From Candidatus Saccharimonadales bacterium (GTDB lineage Bacteria > Patescibacteriota > Saccharimonadia > UBA4664 > SCTI01): a stretch of DNA of 64,000 nt. Both the position numbers and the translations under genes were made by a program. The stretch covers positions 84,034 through 148,033 of the forward strand of contig DATIII010000002.1 in NCBI GenBank assembly GCA_035479795.1, read 5' to 3'. Shown here piece after piece: positions 49,583-57,919 of this stretch; position 1 is the stretch's first letter; each line of letters starts with the position of its first letter. Below the pieces are notes generated by a model. That model ran no database searches, was not told the DNA's origin, and saw only the letters and a list, made by a program, of their open reading frames with translations.

Positions 49583-51256
49583 CTACTGAATCTGAAGGAT
49601 AACTAATTGCAGCGAGCTACGGCCATTAAACTGGTTCTGCTCGAGAAAGAAAACAGCGTCCACAATCTGTCCAGACTTAAGGTTGGGATACTTTTCAGTC
49701 AGATTAAAACCAATCCCTTCGTAAGGGATACCACTTTCCCCGGCGAGCTTCATTTTGAGATGATTCTTACGCTGACCCACCGTGTCAACGCTAATCACCT
49801 TCAGTTTGTCAGCCCCAAAGGTTGGCTGAGGGTTCCCCGAGCCAAAGGGTTCGAGCATTTCAATCGCCGAAAACAATTGCCAATCCAACTCGGCCAGATC
49901 TTCAAGCGGCAACTCGGCCTCGCGACTGGAGCGAGCCGCCAGGCCGCTCGCCACTGAACCATGATGCTGGGTCAAAGCTTGGCGCAGCGCCTCGAGACTC
50001 GCGGTCGGCAAAGTAAAACCGGCAGCGTGATGATGGCCGCCCAATTTATGGAATAAACCCTCGGCCGAGCGCAGGCCTTCAATTAAGTTGTAGCCGCCGG
50101 CACTGCGCCCTGAGCCTTTAGCGCTCTCGCCCATTACCTGCAGAATTAGCGTCGGCTTGTGGTACTTTTCGGCCAGCTTCGAAGCCACGATCCCCACCAC
50201 GCCATGCGACCACCCCGGATCAGCCAGTACCAATACCGGATCATCGGACTGAGCCGCCGCCTGAGCATCGGCCTCATCGGTAATCCGTTGCTGCTCCATC
50301 TGGCGCTGTGCATTCAGCTCCTCCAGCTTGAATGCCATTTGCTGGGCGGCAATTGGATCCTTAGTAGTTACTAAATCCAGACTGAGATTGGCATGCTCTA
50401 ATCGACCAGCCGCATTCAAGCGGGGCCCAAACATAAAGCCAAGATGGTAGGCTTTAACCTTGTCTAAGTCAATGCCGGCACTTTGGGCCAGCGCCACCAA
50501 ACCGACTCGGCGAGTCTTGGCTAGCACCAATAGTCCAAACCGAGCCAGCACGCGATTCTCTCCCACCAGTGGCATAACATCACAGATAGTCCCCATGGCA
50601 ACCAGGTCGAGCAGCCATTTCTCATGGCCCTCAGGCGGCTTACCGGTTAGCTTTTGCAGCCCACGAGCCACGGTAAAGGCCACTCCCACCCCTGCCAACT
50701 CCTTAAATGGATACTTATCACCCGACTGCTTGGGGTTAATCACCGCCACCGCCTGCGGAAGAACCTCGGGCACGTCGTGGTGGTCGGTGACAATCAGGTC
50801 TAAGCCGTTTTTACGGGCCCAAGCGGCTTCAGCTACTGAAGTGATGCCACAATCTACGGTCACTACCAAATCAATTCCGTCGGCCTTAAGCTGCTTCAAC
50901 GCTTCCAGGTGCAAGCCATAGCCCTCTTCGTAACGATCCGGCACATAAGTGATCGGTTGGAGACCCTGCATCTCCAACACCTCTTTCATCAAGGCCGTCG
51001 CGACGATTCCATCGACATCATAGTCGCCATAAACTGCCACGTTTTGCTTCTTGGCTGCCGCTTCAGCAATCCGCTGCGCTGCCGCTTCAACTCCAGTCAT
51101 CAGGTAAGGATCGGCTAAATCGCGCAAGTAGTCCGGCTCTAAAAATCGCCTAGTCTCGGCTTCGTCTGTCAGCCCCCGCTTACGCAACAAGTCCCGCACC
51201 AAGGTGGGGATTTGCAGCTCATCCGGCGCTGACTCGGTTGTCTGCTGCGCCTCCAT
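49583..51256 (-). CDS. recJ: Single-stranded DNA exonuclease RecJ
   Basis: YGDYDVDG, DCG, TDHH, PRLNAAGRL, GSGRS, GGH..AAG. Confidence 0.97.
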   Translation of the reverse strand: MEAQQTTESAPDELQIPTLVRDLLRKRGLTDEAETRRFLEPDYLRDLADPYLMTGVEAAAQRIAEAAAKKQNVAVYGDYDVDGIVATALMKEVLEMQGLQPITYVPDRYEEGYGLHLEALKQLKADGIDLVVTVDCGITSVAEAAWARKNGLDLIVTDHHDVPEVLPQAVAVINPKQSGDKYPFKELAGVGVAFTVARGLQKLTGKPPEGHEKWLLDLVAMGTICDVMPLVGENRVLARFGLLVLAKTRRVGLVALAQSAGIDLDKVKAYHLGFMFGPRLNAAGRLEHANLSLDLVTTKDPIAAQQMAFKLEELNAQRQMEQQRITDEADAQAAAQSDDPVLVLADPGWSHGVVGIVASKLAEKYHKPTLILQVMGESAKGSGRSAGGYNLIEGLRSAEGLFHKLGGHHHAAGFTLPTASLEALRQALTQHHGSVASGLAARSSREAELPLEDLAELDWQLFSAIEMLEPFGSGNPQPTFGADKLKVISVDTVGQRKNHLKMKLAGESGIPYEGIGFNLTEKYPNLKSGQIVDAVFFLEQNQFNGRSSLQLVILQIQ

Positions 51257-51362
51257 AGTTCTAAAAGTATAACAGGATTACTCAGACAACCCTAGACGAT
51301 ATTAAACCGCTTATGTTTGTATAAACTTTTGGTTCAAACTATTTTTTGGGAGATCTTTACAA

Positions 51363-51780
51363 CCCCAATCCGGGCGCGCCAACCTCTTCTCTTATCGGTA
51401 TCTCTGAAGTACGCATCCTAGCCTTACCCCTGGCATAGGCGCTCTACGTTAATTAAATAAGATTCTTGAGGGCAGTGTTGTGGCAGCCTATTTCTATAAC
51501 TGCCTTCACGCACTAGCTTACCTATGACCAGTAGGTAAGGCTTCTTGTTTTCAATTGTGAGCTTCGTAAACCCAAAAACATGGAACCTTATGGACCAAAA
51601 TGGGTAAGCTAGCGCGTGATGGTAATGATTACAGGTTTAGAAAGAGATACTCTGTGAAGCCAATGAGCTCAATTTAAAGCAGGTAGAGCGCCCATTTTTG
51701 GGCATAAGGTGAAAGAAGGCGCACAGCAGGTATATTCGGGCTTAAATAGCGATGTGGGCGCGACGAGGTGGTTCGGAGGA
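51363..51780 (-). ncRNA. Putative long rod-shaped ncRNA (6S/Ms1-like)
   Basis: ORF-free region whose halves pair around an axis near 51566, for example 51507-51522 with 51603-51618 and 51438-51447 with 51683-51692. G-U pairs favour the minus strand. Confidence 0.65.
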
Positions 51781-51784
51781 AGGA

Positions 51785-52063
51785 CTAGAGTGATTTCTTT
51801 TTGGCTTGGGATTTCAGCACGATACTTTGGAGTTCGCGATACATACTGAACTTTTGGTTGGCGGTGTAGACATTGGTATTAGATTGCTTGCTGGCCTTCA
51901 CAAAACCGATCTGCTCCATCCTCTTGAGCTCGCGCTGCACATTACCGGGATCTTCTTTAATCATGGCCGCCAAGCCGCGAACATGGTTTTTGTAATCCGG
52001 GTATTTGGTAAAAACCGTAATAATTTTACGTCTAGTTTTGGATGGAATAAGAACTTCTAGCAT
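51785..52063 (-). CDS. Winged helix-turn-helix (ArsR-like) protein
   Basis: SKTRRKII...HVRGLAAMIKEDPGNVQRELKRMEQIGFV...VYTAN. Confidence 0.85.
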   Translation of the reverse strand: MLEVLIPSKTRRKIITVFTKYPDYKNHVRGLAAMIKEDPGNVQRELKRMEQIGFVKASKQSNTNVYTANQKFSMYRELQSIVLKSQAKKKSL

Positions 52064-52143
52064 TGTGCTAAATACAACTCCACATCTGTTAAAGCTGCTT
52101 TAATGATAGCAGAATAGCTCACCGCAATGCAAACCGCTATTGT

Positions 52144-53034
52144 TTATTTACTACGCTTGGACCGGAAGGTTTGCCAGGTTACAAGCAGCGGCGCGGCGTT
52201 AAGAATCGACGAATAAGTACCTGAGGCAATACCAATTAGCAGAGCCAGTACGAACAGGCGGATCGTTTCCCCACCAAAAAGGTAGAGTGCCAGTAGCGTC
52301 AACAGTACTGTCATTGAAGTATTCAAAGAACGAGCCAAGGTCTCATTGATACTTTGATTGACGATCTGGCCAAAGCTACCCCGCTCCCGGCGCAGATTCT
52401 CACGGATTCGGTCGAATACTACGATGGTATCGTGAACTGAGAAGCCGATAACCGTTAACACCGCTGTGACGAACAGACTGTCGATTTCTACCTGGAAAAG
52501 CCAGCCCAGAATAGAAAACACACCAATCAAGAGCAGGGCATCGTGCAGCAGCGCCACAATGGCGGCAATGCCGAAGCCCCACGAACTGACTGGCGGTGGA
52601 ATATTTCGGAAGGCAAAGGCGATGTAGAGCACGATTGCGGCGGCGGCCAACGCCACGGCAATGATAGCGTTACGCGTAATGTCACCTGATATGGATGGTC
52701 CGACCGTTTCAAAACGGACTTCGTGGTGTCCAGCATTGGCCAGAATAGTACTCAGAACCTGATGGTCCTGCTGCTGCTTTTTGGCATCACCATCATCCCG
52801 ATACCTTACCAAGGTATTACCACTCGAGCTGATAACCGAAACGTCCTTCAACTTTAACTGGGCAGCAGAGTCTTGCACCTGGGCGGTCGTGACCTGGCCT
52901 GTGACCTCTAGTAACTGCCCACCCTTAAAATCAATCCCCAGCCGCAGGCCATGGGTAAACAGCGAAAATAAACCCGGCACAATAATTAGCAATGAAATAG
53001 CGTACCAAATCCGACGCCGGCCGATAATGTTCAT
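52144..53034 (-). CDS. secF: Protein translocase subunit SecF
   Basis: LGIDFKGG, VGPSI, GFSVHDTIVVFDRIREN. Confidence 0.97.
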   Translation of the reverse strand: MNIIGRRRIWYAISLLIIVPGLFSLFTHGLRLGIDFKGGQLLEVTGQVTTAQVQDSAAQLKLKDVSVISSSGNTLVRYRDDGDAKKQQQDHQVLSTILANAGHHEVRFETVGPSISGDITRNAIIAVALAAAAIVLYIAFAFRNIPPPVSSWGFGIAAIVALLHDALLLIGVFSILGWLFQVEIDSLFVTAVLTVIGFSVHDTIVVFDRIRENLRRERGSFGQIVNQSINETLARSLNTSMTVLLTLLALYLFGGETIRLFVLALLIGIASGTYSSILNAAPLLVTWQTFRSKRSK

Positions 53035-54353
53035 TAGTTCTCCAGTCCTTTCGGCAGCCCATACCAGCCGGGCTTGCGACCCCAGCCCCGGCGAATCACC
53101 ATCCGCAGGAAGGTTCGGCTAATGACCACGGCGGTAAACAAACTAACCAAAACGCCCAAGCCGAGAGTAACGGCAAAGCCTTTAACAATCGGCGCCCCAA
53201 AAATGTAGAGAATAATACAGGTGATTAAAGTCGACACGTTGGAGTCCCGGATGCTGGTCCAGGCGCGATCAAAGGCGGTCTCCATGGCCGTCATAAAGCT
53301 CTTCCCGGCCCGCAATTCCTCCTTCAAACGTTCGAATATCAGAATATTGGCATCGACAGCCATCCCGATGCTTAAGATAAACCCGGCCGTGCCCGCCAGA
53401 GTCAGTACGATAGTTGAAGGTGTTAGTGCGCTTAATTTATAGAGTGTCAGTGTTAACAGCGCATAGATAATCAGTGCCAACACCGCAATCAAACCGGCCA
53501 GCCGGTAATAGGCCACCATAAACAGAGCAACTATCAACAGACCAATCACTCCCGCCACCACACTGCGGGCTATCGACTCCTGGCCCAGCGTTGCCCCAAC
53601 GCTCCGTTCTTCCACCAGCTGCACTGGAATTGGCAGAGCACCGGCATTAATCTGATCGGCCACCTTACGGGCCTCGGCCACAGTTTTAAAGTTGCCTTGG
53701 AGCTGGGCGTGACCATCCGTAATGGGAGTCGACACCGTAGCCGGCCCAAAGATAATGGCTTGATCGAGCAGGGTCACCAGCCGGCCCCCCTCTTTATTAA
53801 TACGCGTCGTCAGGTCGCCAAATTTTCCGACAGCATCGCCCTTCATCGTCAGCGTTACTATGGGCTGATTGCGCTGGGTGTCAAAGTCCACATCGGCCCG
53901 TTCCACATCTTTACCACTCAAGCCGGTATCCTGAATTTGGGCCGACGGATCACTTGATGGAATCTCCAGAAATGCTAGATTAGCTGTCTTACCGATCCGG
54001 TCGATGGCATCATTAATATCTTTTACGCCTGGGAGCTCGACAATTACCCGATCGCTGCCCTCTCGTTGCACCGCAATCTCGGAGGTGCCAGTCGGGTTAG
54101 CTCGTTTTTGGATTACTGCAATCAGCGAAGTCATGGCTTGGTTGCGATCGCTGGCCGAAAGCTTCTTTAGCTCCGCCGCATTGGCCTGGAAGACCAAATG
54201 AGCGCCGCCCTGGAGATCCAGCCCCTGCTTAACACTCAGCTTGGTGTTTTTAATACCGACACTCTTTAGGATTTGGTCCTCGCGTGGGTACGCCAGTGCC
54301 GCCGTAACCACAGCCAGCAGCAAAATCAGCCAAAATTTAACTCGCAAACTCAT
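53034..54353 (-). CDS. secD: Protein translocase subunit SecD
   Basis: GLDLQGG, AGALP, GMAVDANILIFER. Confidence 0.97.
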   Translation of the reverse strand: MSLRVKFWLILLLAVVTAALAYPREDQILKSVGIKNTKLSVKQGLDLQGGAHLVFQANAAELKKLSASDRNQAMTSLIAVIQKRANPTGTSEIAVQREGSDRVIVELPGVKDINDAIDRIGKTANLAFLEIPSSDPSAQIQDTGLSGKDVERADVDFDTQRNQPIVTLTMKGDAVGKFGDLTTRINKEGGRLVTLLDQAIIFGPATVSTPITDGHAQLQGNFKTVAEARKVADQINAGALPIPVQLVEERSVGATLGQESIARSVVAGVIGLLIVALFMVAYYRLAGLIAVLALIIYALLTLTLYKLSALTPSTIVLTLAGTAGFILSIGMAVDANILIFERLKEELRAGKSFMTAMETAFDRAWTSIRDSNVSTLITCIILYIFGAPIVKGFAVTLGLGVLVSLFTAVVISRTFLRMVIRRGWGRKPGWYGLPKGLEN

Positions 54354-54467
54354 CGCGTTAGAAACCCGATGAGTGCCGGTGATTGCATTTAACTATTAAC
54401 TCACTCATAAACTGCTCCTCAGTTTAGCAGGCAGGAGTCGACAGGTGCAAACTGTTACAATCTAGAC

Positions 54468-56408
54468 ATGAGTGTGGCGACCGAACATTACGTCGAGGTG
54501 GCTCCGTTGACCTTTACCGGGCCCGAAGTGAAGGCATTCACCTACCACCACGGCAGCGCCATCGAACCCGGCAGCGTGGTGAAGGTGCCTCTGGGACGTG
54601 GATCGAGCTTGGGAGTGGTAACAGCTCGCGTCAGCGCCCCCAGCTTTGCCACCAAGCCGGTCACCGAAGTACTGGATCTGCGCCCATTGCCTCAGCACAC
54701 CATCGACCTAGCTTCCTGGTTGGGCAATTACTACTTTGCCAGCGCCAAGGCGGTTTGGCAGACCATTCTGCCGGCCGGCATTACCAAAAAGCGCCGCCAA
54801 CTAAAGGCCATAGCTTCCTTTAAGCTGCCAAAACAAGATCACGTCCTCAATTCTGATCAGCAGACGGCCTATGACCGGATAATGAATGGATCAAAGACCA
54901 ACTTCTTGGTCCAAGGTGTCACCGGCAGTGGTAAAACCAGACTCTACCTTGAGCTAGCCGCTGCCCAGCTATCCGACGGCAAATCAGTGATTGTTCTCAT
55001 CCCGGAAATCGCCCTGTCGCCCCAAGTTATTGCCCTGTTTGAGGCCAGCTTTCCCGACCGCGTAATTCCCTTTCACTCCGGGCTAACCGAGGCCCAGAAG
55101 CATGCGGCCTGGCAGCGGGCCCTGGAAGCCGACGAGCCAATGGTCGTGATCGGACCGCGCTCCAGCTTGTTTTTACCACTGCCCAAAATCGGCTTAATTG
55201 TCATCGACGAGTGCCACGAAACCAGCTACAAGCAGGAACAAAACCCGAGGTACCAAGCCATCCCAACGGCGGCCAAATTAGCAGCCATAACCGGTGCTAA
55301 GTTGGTGCTAGGCAGCGCCACACCGGGTTTAAACGAAGTCTACCTGGCGGGGATGAGCAAGCTGGAGTTAATCAAATTAGAGAAACGCATTAGTGGCCAC
55401 GCCCAAGTCAGTACCATCATCGATCTGCGCGACAAAGCCCAGCTGCGATCTAGTAAATTTATCGCCGAACCCTTACTAAAAGCCCTAGGCGAGACCTTGG
55501 CGGCGCGGCGCCAGTCGCTACTGTTTATTAATCGCCGCGGCAGTGCCTCCAGCCAGATCTGTAACGCCTGCGGTCACGTGGCAACCTGCCCCAACTGCAG
55601 CCTGCCCCTGACCTTCCATGCCGACCAAATGAAGTTGGTTTGCCACCTCTGCAACCATCGCCAAACTCCGGGAGCCGTCTGCACTGAATGCGGCAGCTCC
55701 GACATGCGCTACGTGGGCGGTGGAACCAAACGGATTGAGGCCGAAATTGCCAAATTACTGCCCAATGCCCGCCTCGCCCGGCTAGACAAAGATAGCGCCG
55801 ATGCCAAGCGGTTACCAGAGCTGTACGAAGCCCTACACGGGGGCAAGATCGATATCCTAATTGGCACTCAGATGATCGCCAAGGGCCTAGACCTACCGCT
55901 GCTCGATACCGTCGGTGTGATTAACGCCGATACCGCCCTGCATATGCCCGATTTTACTTCGGCCGAGCGCACCTATCAGCTACTGTCCCAAGTGGCCGGG
56001 CGAGCCGGGCGTGGTGACCAACCCGGCCAAGTGTTTATTCAAACCCTTACCCCCGACCACCCGGCGATTCGCAAGGCGGCGGCTGAGGATTTCTGGGGGT
56101 TTGCTGAAGCAGAACTATCAGCTCGTAAGCTTCTCGGCTACCCGCCGTTCCGTTATCTGCTGAAGCTCACCAATACCGCTAAAACCGCTGAGGCTGCCAG
56201 CAGACAGGCGGCCGAGACTTATGCTAAGCTTAAGCAGTACCAAGCGATCCGACTGCTGGGACCGGCGCCGGCCTTTCACGAAAAACTCGGCGGCCAGTAC
56301 CACTGGCAAATCGTCGTTAAAAGCTCGTCGCGCCAGCCTCTATTAGAGGTTGCTCGCAAGTTGCCGGCTAGCTGGAAGACCGATTTGGATCCAATCAATT
56401 TGCTATAA
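54468..56408 (+). CDS. priA: Primosomal protein N' (PriA)
   Basis: GVTGSGKT, DECH, Cys-rich Zn region, GTQMIAKGLD, QVAGRAGR. Confidence 0.97.
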   Translation: MSVATEHYVEVAPLTFTGPEVKAFTYHHGSAIEPGSVVKVPLGRGSSLGVVTARVSAPSFATKPVTEVLDLRPLPQHTIDLASWLGNYYFASAKAVWQTILPAGITKKRRQLKAIASFKLPKQDHVLNSDQQTAYDRIMNGSKTNFLVQGVTGSGKTRLYLELAAAQLSDGKSVIVLIPEIALSPQVIALFEASFPDRVIPFHSGLTEAQKHAAWQRALEADEPMVVIGPRSSLFLPLPKIGLIVIDECHETSYKQEQNPRYQAIPTAAKLAAITGAKLVLGSATPGLNEVYLAGMSKLELIKLEKRISGHAQVSTIIDLRDKAQLRSSKFIAEPLLKALGETLAARRQSLLFINRRGSASSQICNACGHVATCPNCSLPLTFHADQMKLVCHLCNHRQTPGAVCTECGSSDMRYVGGGTKRIEAEIAKLLPNARLARLDKDSADAKRLPELYEALHGGKIDILIGTQMIAKGLDLPLLDTVGVINADTALHMPDFTSAERTYQLLSQVAGRAGRGDQPGQVFIQTLTPDHPAIRKAAAEDFWGFAEAELSARKLLGYPPFRYLLKLTNTAKTAEAASRQAAETYAKLKQYQAIRLLGPAPAFHEKLGGQYHWQIVVKSSSRQPLLEVARKLPASWKTDLDPINLL

Positions 56409-56414
56409 GTTGAG

Positions 56415-56996
56415 GTGATAACCATAGCTCAAAAGAGTCCCCGAGATCTAATAATTGCCCTCCCCGACCCTAGGCTCCATAAAAAGAGTCTGCGGGTTGG
56501 CCACATTGATGCCTCCATCGAAAAGCTAGCTCGCACCATGATTGCGGCCACGCTGGACTGGGAAGAAACCCGTGAACACGAATTTGGTGCAGCCCTGGCC
56601 GCCATCCAAGTTGGCCAGCCCTATCGCCTCGTCGTGGTGCGCAATGACTTCGAAGACAAAGCCGAAAAGAGCTTTGGCGTGTTTATTAATCCGGAGATTG
56701 TGAAAACTGAAGGCACACCCACCGAAGCCATGGAGGGCTGCTTGAGTGTTCCAGATTTGTATGGCAGCGTGGCCCGCTACCCTAAGATTAAGGTAAAGGC
56801 GTTAAATCTCATGGGCAAGCCCGTTCGCATCACCGCCACCGGCTTTTTAGCCAGAGTACTGCAACATGAAATCGATCATACTGAAGGCAAACTGTTTACC
56901 GACCGCATCAAGGATCCCTCCAAGCTTTTTCGGCTAGAATCCGATGGCCAATTCTCGGACTACCAGCCAAAAAAGGCCACCAAACCCCGCCCTTAG
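56415..56996 (+). CDS. def: Peptide deformylase
   Basis: LAAIQVG, EGCLS, QHEIDH. Confidence 0.95.
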   Translation: MITIAQKSPRDLIIALPDPRLHKKSLRVGHIDASIEKLARTMIAATLDWEETREHEFGAALAAIQVGQPYRLVVVRNDFEDKAEKSFGVFINPEIVKTEGTPTEAMEGCLSVPDLYGSVARYPKIKVKALNLMGKPVRITATGFLARVLQHEIDHTEGKLFTDRIKDPSKLFRLESDGQFSDYQPKKATKPRP

Positions 56997-57011
56997 GCTA
57001 CAATTGTCGAT

Positions 57012-57836
57012 ATGAAGCAAAAGGTTGTCTTTTTTGGTAATGAAAAGCTGGCGACGGGCATACCGGAGCCGCGGCCGTTGATCCGTGAGGCGGTGAAACA
57101 GGCTGGTTTTGAAATCGAAGCGGTGGTTACCGGGCTAGAAGTCCCTGATCATGAAGCCGAGCTGGCCGTGCTGTCTGCTCATGGGCAGATCCTGCGCCAG
57201 GATGTTCTCCAGCAATTCCCACTAGGCATTGTAAATATCCATCCTTCGCTACTACCGGTTTACCGTGGGCCCACGCCAATTGAGCAAGCCATTTTAGACG
57301 GCTCTGTCAAAACCGGAGTTTCAATCATGAAGATTACTCACGAAATGGATGCCGGTCCAATTTATAAACAGAAGACTGTTCATCTTACGGGTAATGAGTC
57401 CAAGGCCAAGTTGGCAGAGACCCTGCAAAAACTCGGCGCGGAAATGCTGGCCGAAGCTTTGCCGGCGATTGCCAATGGCAGCTTAAAGCCACGTCAGCAA
57501 TCTCACGTCGACCGTGACGCCTCCTACACCAAGCTAATCAAGAAGTCCGATGGAATTATCGATTGGCATAAGCCGGCTGACGTCATAGAGCGCGAAATCC
57601 GAGCCTACCTCGGCTGGCCTGGCAGCCGAACGACATTGTTTAATAAAGATGTGATTATTACTGCGGCACACGTGGTACCGGCAAACTTTGGCGAGGAGCC
57701 GGGATATGTCGAGCCTGTCGAAAACACCATACTCATGATTGAGACCGCCAACGGCCGCATTTGCATCGACCGCTTGAAGCCCGCTGGGAAAAAAGAAATG
57801 ACCGCAGCAGAATTCCTGCGCGGCCTTAAAAACTAA
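57012..57836 (+). CDS. fmt: Methionyl-tRNA formyltransferase (compact)
   Basis: NIHPSLLP.YRGPTPI, MDAGP, KPAGKKEM. Follows def. Confidence 0.93.
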   Translation: MKQKVVFFGNEKLATGIPEPRPLIREAVKQAGFEIEAVVTGLEVPDHEAELAVLSAHGQILRQDVLQQFPLGIVNIHPSLLPVYRGPTPIEQAILDGSVKTGVSIMKITHEMDAGPIYKQKTVHLTGNESKAKLAETLQKLGAEMLAEALPAIANGSLKPRQQSHVDRDASYTKLIKKSDGIIDWHKPADVIEREIRAYLGWPGSRTTLFNKDVIITAAHVVPANFGEEPGYVEPVENTILMIETANGRICIDRLKPAGKKEMTAAEFLRGLKN

Positions 57837-57919
57837 CCTTCTACACCTGTAATTATAGCACAACCAAGCCAAAATTTGTAGTCTTGTTCTCGGTCCCGCG
57901 CCGGCGTAGGCTGTAACTT

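Noticed and set aside
37043-51775. 12-mer CGAACCACCTCG shared in inverted orientation between 37043 and 51764; possible LexA box
   Set aside because: It does not fit GAAC-N4-GTTC, and a single 12-mer match in 64 kb is plausible by chance.
51290-51784. RNase P RNA, tmRNA or group I/II intron as the identity of the structured gap
   Set aside because: No GAGGAAAGUCC, no tRNA-like ends with CCA, and no domain V or P7 signature seen. The fold is a simple rod.
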